Source: Candidatus Nanopelagicales bacterium | Lineage (GTDB): Bacteria > Actinomycetota > Actinomycetes > S36-B12 | Length of the DNA stretch: 64,000 bases | NCBI GenBank assembly: GCA_028825115.1 | Contig: JAPKAV010000006.1 | Coordinates: forward strand, 259 to 64,258 | Direction: 5' to 3' | Part shown: in pieces, positions 50,360 through 58,446 of the stretch | How the letters are laid out: every line of letters begins with the position of its first letter | Numbering within the stretch: the stretch's first letter is position 1 | Made by a program: the position numbers and the translations under genes | Notes under the pieces: model-generated | The model's input: only the letters and a program-made list of their open reading frames with translations | Database searches by the model: none | What the model was told of the DNA's origin: nothing

Positions 50360-51835
50360 GTGGGAGCGCATCAGCACATTGTGGCCAATCCCACACATGA
50401 TCATCGCCAAGAACCACGAGGCACGGTCGCTTTCGTTCTGCACAGCCATCTGCCCTGGGTTCTTGGCCACGGTGGTTGGCCAGTTGGTGAGGAGTGGCTC
50501 TATCAGGCTTATGCACACTCCTATCTCCCACTTTTTGATGCCCTTGCACACTTGGGTGCCCGGGGCTTTCGCAATATTGCCAGCTTGGGGATCACTCCGA
50601 TCTTGGCCGCTCAATTGGACGACTCAAGAACGGTAACGGGGCTGGAATCTTGGCTGCACAATTGGCAACTTCGAGCCGGAAGCCTGCCAAATAATCACCC
50701 AGTCCGCGACTACGAATTGGGTAGGGCCCAGTCTGCTTTGGCAATATTTCGGGGTCACTATTCCCGTGGAGCTGCCCCACGGATCAGATCCCTTATCGAT
50801 GATCAGGTGGTCCAATTCCTGGGTGGCCCGGCCACCCATCCCTTCACGCCGGGGCTAGATGAACGCATCCACGAAATAGCCATCCGTGCGGGGCTTGAGG
50901 ATTCCGCCCGGCGCTATGGCACTTCACCAACTGGAATCTGGGTGCCCGAATGTGCCTATCGCCCTGGCCAGGAGGGTGTGTATCAACAATTAGGGGTCAC
51001 ACACTTCATGGTCGATGAACCAGCAGTTGTAGCGGTCGGCGGAAACGCTTGCGTTCCATACCGACTGGGTGAGTCGCTGGTGAAAGTTGTGGCCCGGGAT
51101 GGGCAGATCAGTGACTTGCTGTGGTCACATGAGCGGGGTTACGCCGGGGATGCACTTTACCGTGATTTTCATGCAGTAGATCATGCATACGGACTCAAAC
51201 TTAGTGCTGTGGGTGAGAAATCACGACAAGACAAACCTATGTACGATCCTCAATCAGCACAGATCCAAGTTGACGTTGATGCTCGAAATTTCGTGCGTGA
51301 ACTCAGAACATCCTTTGACGTGCAACGTGAACAGGGCACAGAATCTCCCACCGTTGTGATCGGAATTGATACCGAGCTCCTCGGACACTGGTGGCATGAG
51401 GGCGTCACCTGGTTTGAACGCGTAATTGAGCTACTCCCTGAATCAAGGATCAGTACATCAACTTTGGAACAGGTGGCTTCAAAGGCACGAACATCAATCC
51501 AGCTGTCAGCCTCTTCCTGGGGAAGTGGCAAAGACTGGTCCGTGTGGACTGGAAATCCAGTTAGAGATATTACCATGATGAATAGCCAAAGCCAAGAGTA
51601 CGTGCTCGATCTGATCGAACGAAACACATGTACATCAGCTCATTTAAATCAATTGATGCTTCAGTTATCAAGTGACTGGGCGTTCATGGTTACCCGCGAA
51701 ACAGCTGCGCAATATGCCCATAATCGCGTGCTCACTCACATGCATCAGCTGAAATCGGGGGTCGACCCAGATGCACCGTTCCCCCTCATTTCATTTAGCG
51801 CATCCCGTGTGCGTACGCGCACGGACTCAGCATGA
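50360..51835 (+). CDS. GH57 family 1,4-alpha-glucan branching enzyme (Rv3031-like)
   Basis: LHSHLPWV, GEEWLYQA, WVPECAY (nucleophile), DTELLGHWW (acid/base), SSDWAF; TAGAGT-N6-GTG start. Confidence 0.9.
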   Translation: MGAHQHIVANPTHDHRQEPRGTVAFVLHSHLPWVLGHGGWPVGEEWLYQAYAHSYLPLFDALAHLGARGFRNIASLGITPILAAQLDDSRTVTGLESWLHNWQLRAGSLPNNHPVRDYELGRAQSALAIFRGHYSRGAAPRIRSLIDDQVVQFLGGPATHPFTPGLDERIHEIAIRAGLEDSARRYGTSPTGIWVPECAYRPGQEGVYQQLGVTHFMVDEPAVVAVGGNACVPYRLGESLVKVVARDGQISDLLWSHERGYAGDALYRDFHAVDHAYGLKLSAVGEKSRQDKPMYDPQSAQIQVDVDARNFVRELRTSFDVQREQGTESPTVVIGIDTELLGHWWHEGVTWFERVIELLPESRISTSTLEQVASKARTSIQLSASSWGSGKDWSVWTGNPVRDITMMNSQSQEYVLDLIERNTCTSAHLNQLMLQLSSDWAFMVTRETAAQYAHNRVLTHMHQLKSGVDPDAPFPLISFSASRVRTRTDSA

Positions 51836-52464
51836 CGCTGCACGCGCAATTGTTTCTCACCAACGTCAAGCCTAGATCTCACAACTCTGGCAGGAATCCC
51901 CGCTGCTACTGACATCGGGGCGACCACACCTCGCACGACCGAGTTGGCCCCGATCACGCTGCCGGCACCCACTTCGGAACCCTTCAGCACGCTGACCTTT
52001 GTACCGAGCCAGACATTGGCCCCAATCCGAACCGGAGATTTCGTGATTCCTTGCAACCGAATTGGCGCGCATAGATCAGAGAACCGATGGTCAAAATCAC
52101 ACATATAAATTGAGTCAGAAATAACGCACTCATCACCGATCGTGATGTCAAGATACGCATTAATGGTGTTATCGCGACCCATCACCGTTTTTGATCCGAT
52201 CTGAATACTGCCTTCATGTGCGCGAATCCGGCATTGGTCGCCAAGATGCACCCAGCTCCCCAATGCAATTCTTCCGTACCCTTTTCGCGCGCTGAGTTCA
52301 ACACCCTTACCCAAAAACACAAAGCCAGCGCAGCTCACCGAGCGCGATCCAAAATGATACAGTCTCAAAAATCGAAAATACCGCACAAGGTAATACCGAT
52401 TCCAAGCTCGATTACGGACTATCCAATTCAGATTGGATAAGCGCCAAGGATTAAACCGCTTCAT
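51745..52464 (-). CDS. Left-handed beta-helix acyltransferase (Rv3034c-like)
   Basis: YLVRYFRF, HEG, CDFDH, VRIGANVWLG hexapeptide repeats, GIPARV. Confidence 0.85.
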   Translation of the reverse strand: MKRFNPWRLSNLNWIVRNRAWNRYYLVRYFRFLRLYHFGSRSVSCAGFVFLGKGVELSARKGYGRIALGSWVHLGDQCRIRAHEGSIQIGSKTVMGRDNTINAYLDITIGDECVISDSIYMCDFDHRFSDLCAPIRLQGITKSPVRIGANVWLGTKVSVLKGSEVGAGSVIGANSVVRGVVAPMSVAAGIPARVVRSRLDVGEKQLRVQRHAESVRVRTRDALNEMRGNGASGSTPDFS

Positions 52465-53645
52465 GCACGTATCTTTTCATGGGCCCCTGCATATGCTTCT
52501 TCATAGACCTTGTCGGTCAAGTTGCATACATTTTCCCAAGTAAACTCCACGGCAATTCGTTCACGGAGGCGAGCGGCCCGCGCACGTGCTTGCTCACGAT
52601 CGTTTTTGATGGAAAAAATCGCCTGCGCAATAGCATCACCAGTGACCTCAACCAGCGGATATCCGAACTCTTCGGTGGAGATTATGTCCACCAACCCACC
52701 CACTCTTGAAGCAACAATGGGGATTGCGCGTTGTCCCAGTTCCAGCGCAACAATTCCAAACGGTTCATAACTTGATGGAATAACTGCTAGATCCCAAGAA
52801 CCCAAAATCGCATCCTTACGGTCATCGGAGACATGTCCGAGGAACTGAATCCGCTCACTCACGCCTTTTCTAGCGACTTTTGCCTGAAGACTTTCCCATT
52901 GACTTCCAATGCCGACGATTTCCAACTTCACGCTGAGATCATCTATTAATTCAATAGCATCGATTATGTGATGGATACCTTTTTCCCATTCCAGTCGACC
53001 AATAAAACCCACCACAATTGTTGGGTCGATTTCCTTATGCGTTGCGGCTGATGTCTGATGTTGGTTGTCACTTGGGTTAATCGCGTTGGGGATTACGTTG
53101 AACGCCTTCGGTCGCAACCCGTAACCCGTGCGAATTTCATTCCGCATGGACTCACTGCAGACAATTACCGAATTCGCCAGGGTCATAGATCTGTGCTCAC
53201 TGGAGTAGACAATTTGGGACAGTCTCGAGGTGAGCCACCCGTTATGCCGGCCAAATTCAGTCGCGTGCACTGTGAGAACGCTGGGGACCGAAAACGCTCG
53301 CGAGGAAGCAAGAAGTTGATCGGAAGCAAGCCAATCGTGCCCGTGAACGATATCAGGCGCGGCATCCATTTGTTCAATAGCACTCAGGCTTGCTAGGGAA
53401 AATCCGTGCACCCAATAGTCAAAATTTTTCTGATCAAGCCGAGCATCTGGATAATGATTGGCCACCCGGATAACCCGAACACCATTGCAGTATTCGTTTA
53501 CGGCGGGCGTTTGAATCGGTGCTTGAGTAATCACGGTCACTTCATGACCACGTCGAGCTTGCTCTTGGGTCAGCGCCAAAACATGTGTGCCCAATCCCCC
53601 GTACATGACTGGAGGGTACTCCCACGAAAAGTGAAGAATTCGCAT
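52461..53645 (-). CDS. Glycosyltransferase family 4 (Rv3032-like alpha-1,4-glucosyltransferase)
   Basis: SWEYPPVMYGGLG, HGHDW, HATEFGRH, GRLEWEKG, YEPFGIVALE. Confidence 0.88.
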   Translation of the reverse strand: MRILHFSWEYPPVMYGGLGTHVLALTQEQARRGHEVTVITQAPIQTPAVNEYCNGVRVIRVANHYPDARLDQKNFDYWVHGFSLASLSAIEQMDAAPDIVHGHDWLASDQLLASSRAFSVPSVLTVHATEFGRHNGWLTSRLSQIVYSSEHRSMTLANSVIVCSESMRNEIRTGYGLRPKAFNVIPNAINPSDNQHQTSAATHKEIDPTIVVGFIGRLEWEKGIHHIIDAIELIDDLSVKLEIVGIGSQWESLQAKVARKGVSERIQFLGHVSDDRKDAILGSWDLAVIPSSYEPFGIVALELGQRAIPIVASRVGGLVDIISTEEFGYPLVEVTGDAIAQAIFSIKNDREQARARAARLRERIAVEFTWENVCNLTDKVYEEAYAGAHEKIRA

Positions 53646-53657
53646 TAGTTTGCCCCG

Positions 53658-54602
53658 TTAAGGAGCCACCCCGGTGATACAAACGTTGTAAAAATACCGG
53701 TCAGAAATAATCTTGGAGAACACCTGGCGATCAAGACCCTCCAGTTTTTTCCAGGTTCCAAATGCAAAATTTGCCCAACCGAAGCCTAAGGCCCCGGCTT
53801 TTACCGAACTTTCAAAAGTACGCACGGGCCAACCAAACCAAGATGCAGTCAACTCCTCGGTCACCGTACTGACATCAACACAGCCATTACGAAGGGCAAA
53901 TCGAGCCAACTGGCTCGGATCAAAAGTATGGACATCCACGACAGCTTCCAAGGCTGCTTCGCGCGATGATGCCACGAGCTCATCCGCTGGACGAGCCCAC
54001 TTGTCGACCAGCCAAGGTAACTGGGTGACTCTCGTACTTGTCCACCAGGTCAACCGTGACAATGCCCGGGCAACTGAATCCCCCTTCTGGGTAGGTTCAC
54101 CGCAAAACACAAAACGCCCACCCGGGCGCAGCACGCGGTTCACTTCAGCAAATAGTGCATCCAGGTCTGGCACATGGTGCAACACCGCATGGCCCACGAC
54201 CAAGTCCACACTTGAATCCGCAAACGGCAGTAGCTCAGCGTCAGCGACAATTCCAGTGACGTTCAGACCTAATTTCTTGCCGTTGCGAACTGCTACCGAA
54301 ACCATTCCAGGGCTCAAGTCGGTGACAATGCCGGCGCCCCCAATTCCTGACTGCATCAGATTGAGCAGAAAAAAACCGGTTCCTGAACCCAACTCCACGA
54401 CCCTTGCCCTGGCCAAATCTGACCCCTGGCTCTCACGCGGCACTACATGATCGAAACAGTTGCGCGCGTAATCTACGCATCTCTGATCGTATGAAATACT
54501 CCACTTGTCGTCATAGGATTCGGATTCCCAATCGTGGTAAACGATATTTGCAAGTTTCGGGTCCGCTTTTGCAAGGTCAAATTGTTCCTGCGAAAATGCC
54601 AC
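53658..54602 (-). CDS. Class I SAM-dependent methyltransferase (Rv3038c-like)
   Basis: YHDWESESYDDKWSISYD, ELGSGTGFF, DLSPGM, GHAVLHH, GEPT. Confidence 0.88.
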   Translation of the reverse strand: MAFSQEQFDLAKADPKLANIVYHDWESESYDDKWSISYDQRCVDYARNCFDHVVPRESQGSDLARARVVELGSGTGFFLLNLMQSGIGGAGIVTDLSPGMVSVAVRNGKKLGLNVTGIVADAELLPFADSSVDLVVGHAVLHHVPDLDALFAEVNRVLRPGGRFVFCGEPTQKGDSVARALSRLTWWTSTRVTQLPWLVDKWARPADELVASSREAALEAVVDVHTFDPSQLARFALRNGCVDVSTVTEELTASWFGWPVRTFESSVKAGALGFGWANFAFGTWKKLEGLDRQVFSKIISDRYFYNVCITGVAP

Positions 54603-55426
54603 TATCGACCTACAAAGGTTGCTTTGCCTGGACCATCATTCACAAACGACTTCATGCCATTTTTCTGATCCTCAGTGCCGAAAAGAGCGGCAAACTCCGT
54701 GCTCTCAATAGACAGCCCGCTGCGAAGATCTACATTCGCACCGTTGTCGATCGCTCTTTTCGCCGCAGCCAATGCAATCTTAGGACCCCCCGCAAATCTA
54801 CTGGCCCAAGTTAGGGCTGCACTCAGAACCTGCCCCGGCTCAACAACTTGATTGACCAACCCAATTTCTAGGGCACGCCCAGCTGAGATCATGTGTCCAC
54901 CGAAAACGAGTTCCTTTGCCTTAGATCCTCCGATGAGTCGGGGAAGTCGTTGCGTGCCACCCGCTCCAGGAATGATTCCAAGTGTGATTTCGGGCTGACC
55001 TAGTTTTGCATTGTCGCCAGCGACGCGAAAATCCGCGCACATGGCAAGTTCAAGCCCGCCACCAAGTGCGAAGCCAGTCACAGCGGCGATGGTGGGTTGG
55101 GAAATCTTTGCTACGGTGTCAAAAGCGCTCTGCAGGCTATGTGCCGCACTAGACATATCGGAGTAGGTCATGTTGGCCATCTCTTTCACGTCGGCTCCCG
55201 CGGCAAATACTTTTTCTCCTCCGTATAGCACAACGGCATCAATGCCGAATCTTCCGGAAACAAATGTTGCTGCTGCTTCTATCTCGCGTTGCATTTGCAA
55301 ATTAAGCGCGTTCATTGGCGGTCTGCGCAAATGAATGATTGCAGTTGATTCCTGCAATTCCACCTGAATGTATTCTGTGACTAGTATTTCTTCGCCAACC
55401 ATTTTTCGATCTGCTTCAGCCTTCAT
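54602..55426 (-). CDS. Enoyl-CoA hydratase/isomerase (EchA17-like)
   Basis: RPPMNAL, FAAGADVKE, ALGGGLE, GQPEI, PGAGGTQRL; start placed at ATG 55426 (TAAGAT 7 nt upstream). Confidence 0.92.
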   Translation of the reverse strand: MKAEADRKMVGEEILVTEYIQVELQESTAIIHLRRPPMNALNLQMQREIEAAATFVSGRFGIDAVVLYGGEKVFAAGADVKEMANMTYSDMSSAAHSLQSAFDTVAKISQPTIAAVTGFALGGGLELAMCADFRVAGDNAKLGQPEITLGIIPGAGGTQRLPRLIGGSKAKELVFGGHMISAGRALEIGLVNQVVEPGQVLSAALTWASRFAGGPKIALAAAKRAIDNGANVDLRSGLSIESTEFAALFGTEDQKNGMKSFVNDGPGKATFVGR

Positions 55427-55477
55427 AGCCGCAATCTTACCCATTCGGTTGGCTGACCTTCAGTCGGAATATTTTAA

Positions 55478-55865
55478 GCCGAGGTAGGCCTGTCTCACAC
55501 GCGTCCCTATCAAACATTAGGGATCAGCCGCGGCCGCGGCATAAGGTGGGGCTCAGCGCCGCTACGGGACCAACATAAAAAGCGTTACCTTCCGCTGCGC
55601 CACCTGCAGTCCAATGCTTAGGATCACAAAGCTGGGATCCGGTAAAAGAAGCACCAGATGAGGTGCTACGAATTTGACCTCCCAAACCTTGAACACCGCT
55701 AGTACGTTGAAAACGCTTCTGAAAAAAATAAAGAGTCCTAATTTCTCGGGCTTCCCTCACCTCACGTGGCATCTCGTTAGGCAGCTTTAACAGTCTTGTT
55801 TCCGAATTGTGTACTTTGGCGCAACCCCGCGATTGGTCCGCAGAACCGGCCAAGGCCCGGACAAC
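55478..55865 (-). ncRNA. Candidate ~390-nt structured non-coding RNA, family unassigned
   Basis: TAAAGT-N6-G start, 5'/3' closing helix, eight or so local stems, G-U pairs favouring the minus strand, no credible ORF. Confidence 0.55.
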
Positions 55866-55904
55866 GGTTACACTTTACTCTGAAGTCTTTTTTGAATTTA
55901 AGGG

Positions 55905-56774
55905 TTAGAAAAGTGCATTGGCCAGAGCAATGCGAGCCTCAGGAACACTGGGGTCTTCCCCAGCCAACACAAAGTATTCGACAATTCGGGTGCGGGCCAG
56001 TTCGCGCTCAGGGCCAGCCGAAGCCTGAACAGCACGCACCACTGCCGAAAAAGCGTTCTTCCACCCACCGGTGGCCGCGGCTAAATCAGCTATGATAAGC
56101 AACTCGTCAAATGAGTCACCCAGTGGTGATGTCACACCATCAGTTCGTTCAAATATTCCGGCCATAATCAAGCCACCTTGTGCATCCAGATCACTCGGGT
56201 CAGTGTTAAGAATTTCTTGATAGGCCTTCTTCGCGAGACTCCAATCCCCGGCATTGACCGCATCGACAGCGGCGTCAAATCGTGGATCAGCCGGCTCCTC
56301 AACTTCGACTTCTGCTGCCTCCTGGCCAGGACCCGCGGGTGTTGGACCGATTCCCTGCTGGGCAGCAAGTTCCAATAGTTTGTCGAATATTTGTTTGATC
56401 TGGTCTTTTGGGTACGCACCTTGGAACAGTGGAATCAATTGCCCCTTAATGACCGCAAAAACAGATGGAATTGACTGGACTTCTAGGGCCTGGGATATTG
56501 ATGGTTCTGCATCTGCATCTACCTTGGCGACGAGTAGTTGTCCGGTGTAATCACGGGCAAGTTCTTCAAGGATTGGTGAGAGTTGTTTACATGGCTCGCA
56601 CCAAGTCGCCCACACATCAAGAATGACCGGAATGCTTTGCGAGGCCTTCATTACCAGCGACTCAAACTGATCAGCGGTGACATTGATTACGGGTGAATCG
56701 CCCGTTGGTGCCGGTGCTTTCTCGGCACCCAATGAAGAAAGGTCAACTGCTCCTGCAAATGATGGGGTACTCAT
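55905..56774 (-). CDS. Thioredoxin-TPR co-chaperone (YbbN/CnoX family)
   Basis: GAVDLS, WATWCEPCKQL, VQSIP, followed by TPR-like helices; CACAAT-N6-ATG start. Confidence 0.9.
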   Translation of the reverse strand: MSTPSFAGAVDLSSLGAEKAPAPTGDSPVINVTADQFESLVMKASQSIPVILDVWATWCEPCKQLSPILEELARDYTGQLLVAKVDADAEPSISQALEVQSIPSVFAVIKGQLIPLFQGAYPKDQIKQIFDKLLELAAQQGIGPTPAGPGQEAAEVEVEEPADPRFDAAVDAVNAGDWSLAKKAYQEILNTDPSDLDAQGGLIMAGIFERTDGVTSPLGDSFDELLIIADLAAATGGWKNAFSAVVRAVQASAGPERELARTRIVEYFVLAGEDPSVPEARIALANALF

Positions 56775-56788
56775 GACCCTATTGTGAC

Positions 56789-57712
56789 TCATTGAGGTGC
56801 ATCAATGCCATTGCGGATCAGGTCACACGCGTGATCTTCGCTCAAATCGCCCGACGCGCACCGGGCCGCCAAGTCTTCACTGGCCTCAGCCGCTATCGCC
56901 TTCTGGGCCAGGCTATTAATTACCCGAGCCAAAAGCGACTCTCGGATTCGACCGATTCGCTTGAGCTCAAGCAATCCGTTGTCGACTAAAAAGACATAAT
57001 GCTCAGAAATTGCCTCTGCCAATTCCGTAAATCCCGACCCATCGATTGCGATGGTGGGAATCACAGGTGGCACCCAGCCAGGCTCATTGGCGGCCATAGC
57101 CAACATGGCACGCAGCTCGCGCACCGTTGAATCAACGCCCGGGCGATCTGCCTTATTCACGGCAAAAATATCTGCGATCTCCAAGATTCCAGCCTTGGCG
57201 GCTTGGATTCCATCGCCCGCCCCCGGTGCTGCCATGACAATAGAGGTGTCAGCCATTTTTGCAATTTCAATCTCAGATTGGCCGACCCCGACAGTTTCAA
57301 TAATTATTACATCGAATCCAGCGGCTGAGATTACTTTTAGGACGCTGTAGATGCTTTCGCTGAGCCCGCCGAGATGCCCGCGCGTAGCGAGGGACCGGAT
57401 GAAGACACCGGGATCTCGTGCGTGTTCTTGCATGCGAATCCGATCACCCAGTAGCGCACCCTTGCTAAAAGTGGATGACGGGTCCACGGCGAGCACCGCA
57501 ACGCTCTCGCCGTTCGCTCGGAACTGGGAAATCAATGCTGATGTTGACGTTGATTTCCCTACCCCGGGTGGGCCGGTGAGGCCGACAATGTGGGCGGTCG
57601 GGGTTGGGATTGATCCGAGCAACTCAGCAGAGCCTGCACTAGCATTTTCTACGAGGGTGACCCGCTGCGCCAACTCTCGTATGTGCGCGCCAACCCCTTC
57701 ACCCGAGTCCAT
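56789..57712 (-). CDS. meaB: Acyl-CoA mutase-associated GTPase MeaB
   Basis: GPPGVGKST, AVDPSS, LLGDRIRM, ETVGVGQSE, NKAD; TATTCT-N6-ATG start. Confidence 0.95.
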   Translation of the reverse strand: MDSGEGVGAHIRELAQRVTLVENASAGSAELLGSIPTPTAHIVGLTGPPGVGKSTSTSALISQFRANGESVAVLAVDPSSTFSKGALLGDRIRMQEHARDPGVFIRSLATRGHLGGLSESIYSVLKVISAAGFDVIIIETVGVGQSEIEIAKMADTSIVMAAPGAGDGIQAAKAGILEIADIFAVNKADRPGVDSTVRELRAMLAMAANEPGWVPPVIPTIAIDGSGFTELAEAISEHYVFLVDNGLLELKRIGRIRESLLARVINSLAQKAIAAEASEDLAARCASGDLSEDHACDLIRNGIDAPQ

Positions 57713-57819
57713 GCCCCTAGAATATGGCTCCGGCGTTCCCGCGCTTCGTTGGACACGTATGAGCAATGCATCTCCTTGGCTCCCTCACTCACCGAATACG
57801 TACTCAGTAGATTACTGCC

Positions 57820-58260
57820 ATGGGCAATGACACCGGACTTGAATGGGAAACTTTAATACTCGGGATTGATCACGTGGGCATAGCTGTCTCTGACCTTGAC
57901 ACTGGTAGAAATCTTTTTGAAGGGATCCTCGGCCTGCGTCAGCATCATGCCGAAATTAATGAAACCCAAGGTGTCAGCGAGTCAATGATCGCCTTCCCTG
58001 ATCAGGGCGCAGAGATCCAACTTCTTGCCCCCCTCGGGCCAGATACGGCAATTGGGAAATTTCTGGCAACCCGTGGGCCCGGGATTCAACAACTCGCTCT
58101 GCGAGTGAGTGACGTTGAACTTGTGGCCGACCAGATCCGTGCCCAGGGAATTCGCATGCTCTACGACACTGCTCGAGTGGGCACCGCAGGCAGTTTGGTC
58201 AACTTTGCGCACCCGGCAGACTGCGGCGGAGTGCTGATTGAGTTTGTCCAACATGGCTGA
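57820..58260 (+). CDS. mce: Methylmalonyl/ethylmalonyl-CoA epimerase
   Basis: IDHVGIAV, QGVSE, IQLLAP, GPGIQQLA, NFAHP..CGGVLIE. Confidence 0.93.
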   Translation: MGNDTGLEWETLILGIDHVGIAVSDLDTGRNLFEGILGLRQHHAEINETQGVSESMIAFPDQGAEIQLLAPLGPDTAIGKFLATRGPGIQQLALRVSDVELVADQIRAQGIRMLYDTARVGTAGSLVNFAHPADCGGVLIEFVQHG

Positions 58261-58420
58261 TTCGGACGTTCTGAGTAATCCAGTCGCCGCCCTCGCAATT
58301 GGGGCATTTGCGGCCCTCATTTTCATTGGCCTATTTCGTAAGGCACGCAAACTGTTCATTATCAGTGTGCTAGGCATCACAATCACCATAGGGTTTTTTA
58401 TAGTCAAAATGGGTTCTTAG
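58253..58420 (+). CDS. Small two-TM membrane protein, unknown function
   Basis: MADSDVLSNPVAALAIGAFAALIFIGLFRKARKLFIISVLGITITIGFFIVKMGS; overlaps the mce stop and fills the gap before ccr. Confidence 0.6.
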   Translation: MADSDVLSNPVAALAIGAFAALIFIGLFRKARKLFIISVLGITITIGFFIVKMGS

Positions 58421-58446
58421 ACACGTATATTAGGTTTAATGGGGCC

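Noticed and set aside
55524-55853. 109-aa minus-strand ORF in the intergenic gap
   Set aside because: TTG start with no RBS, no recognisable domain, and it runs through palindromes and a T-rich tract. A structured RNA explains the region better, though coding is not formally excluded.
55478-55865. Assignment of the element to RNase P, tmRNA, SRP RNA, Ms1 or raiA
   Set aside because: No GAGGAAAGUCC, no tRNA-like ends or tag ORF, and no SRP helix-8 motif. Synteny is not that of Ms1 and I see no match to the raiA consensus.
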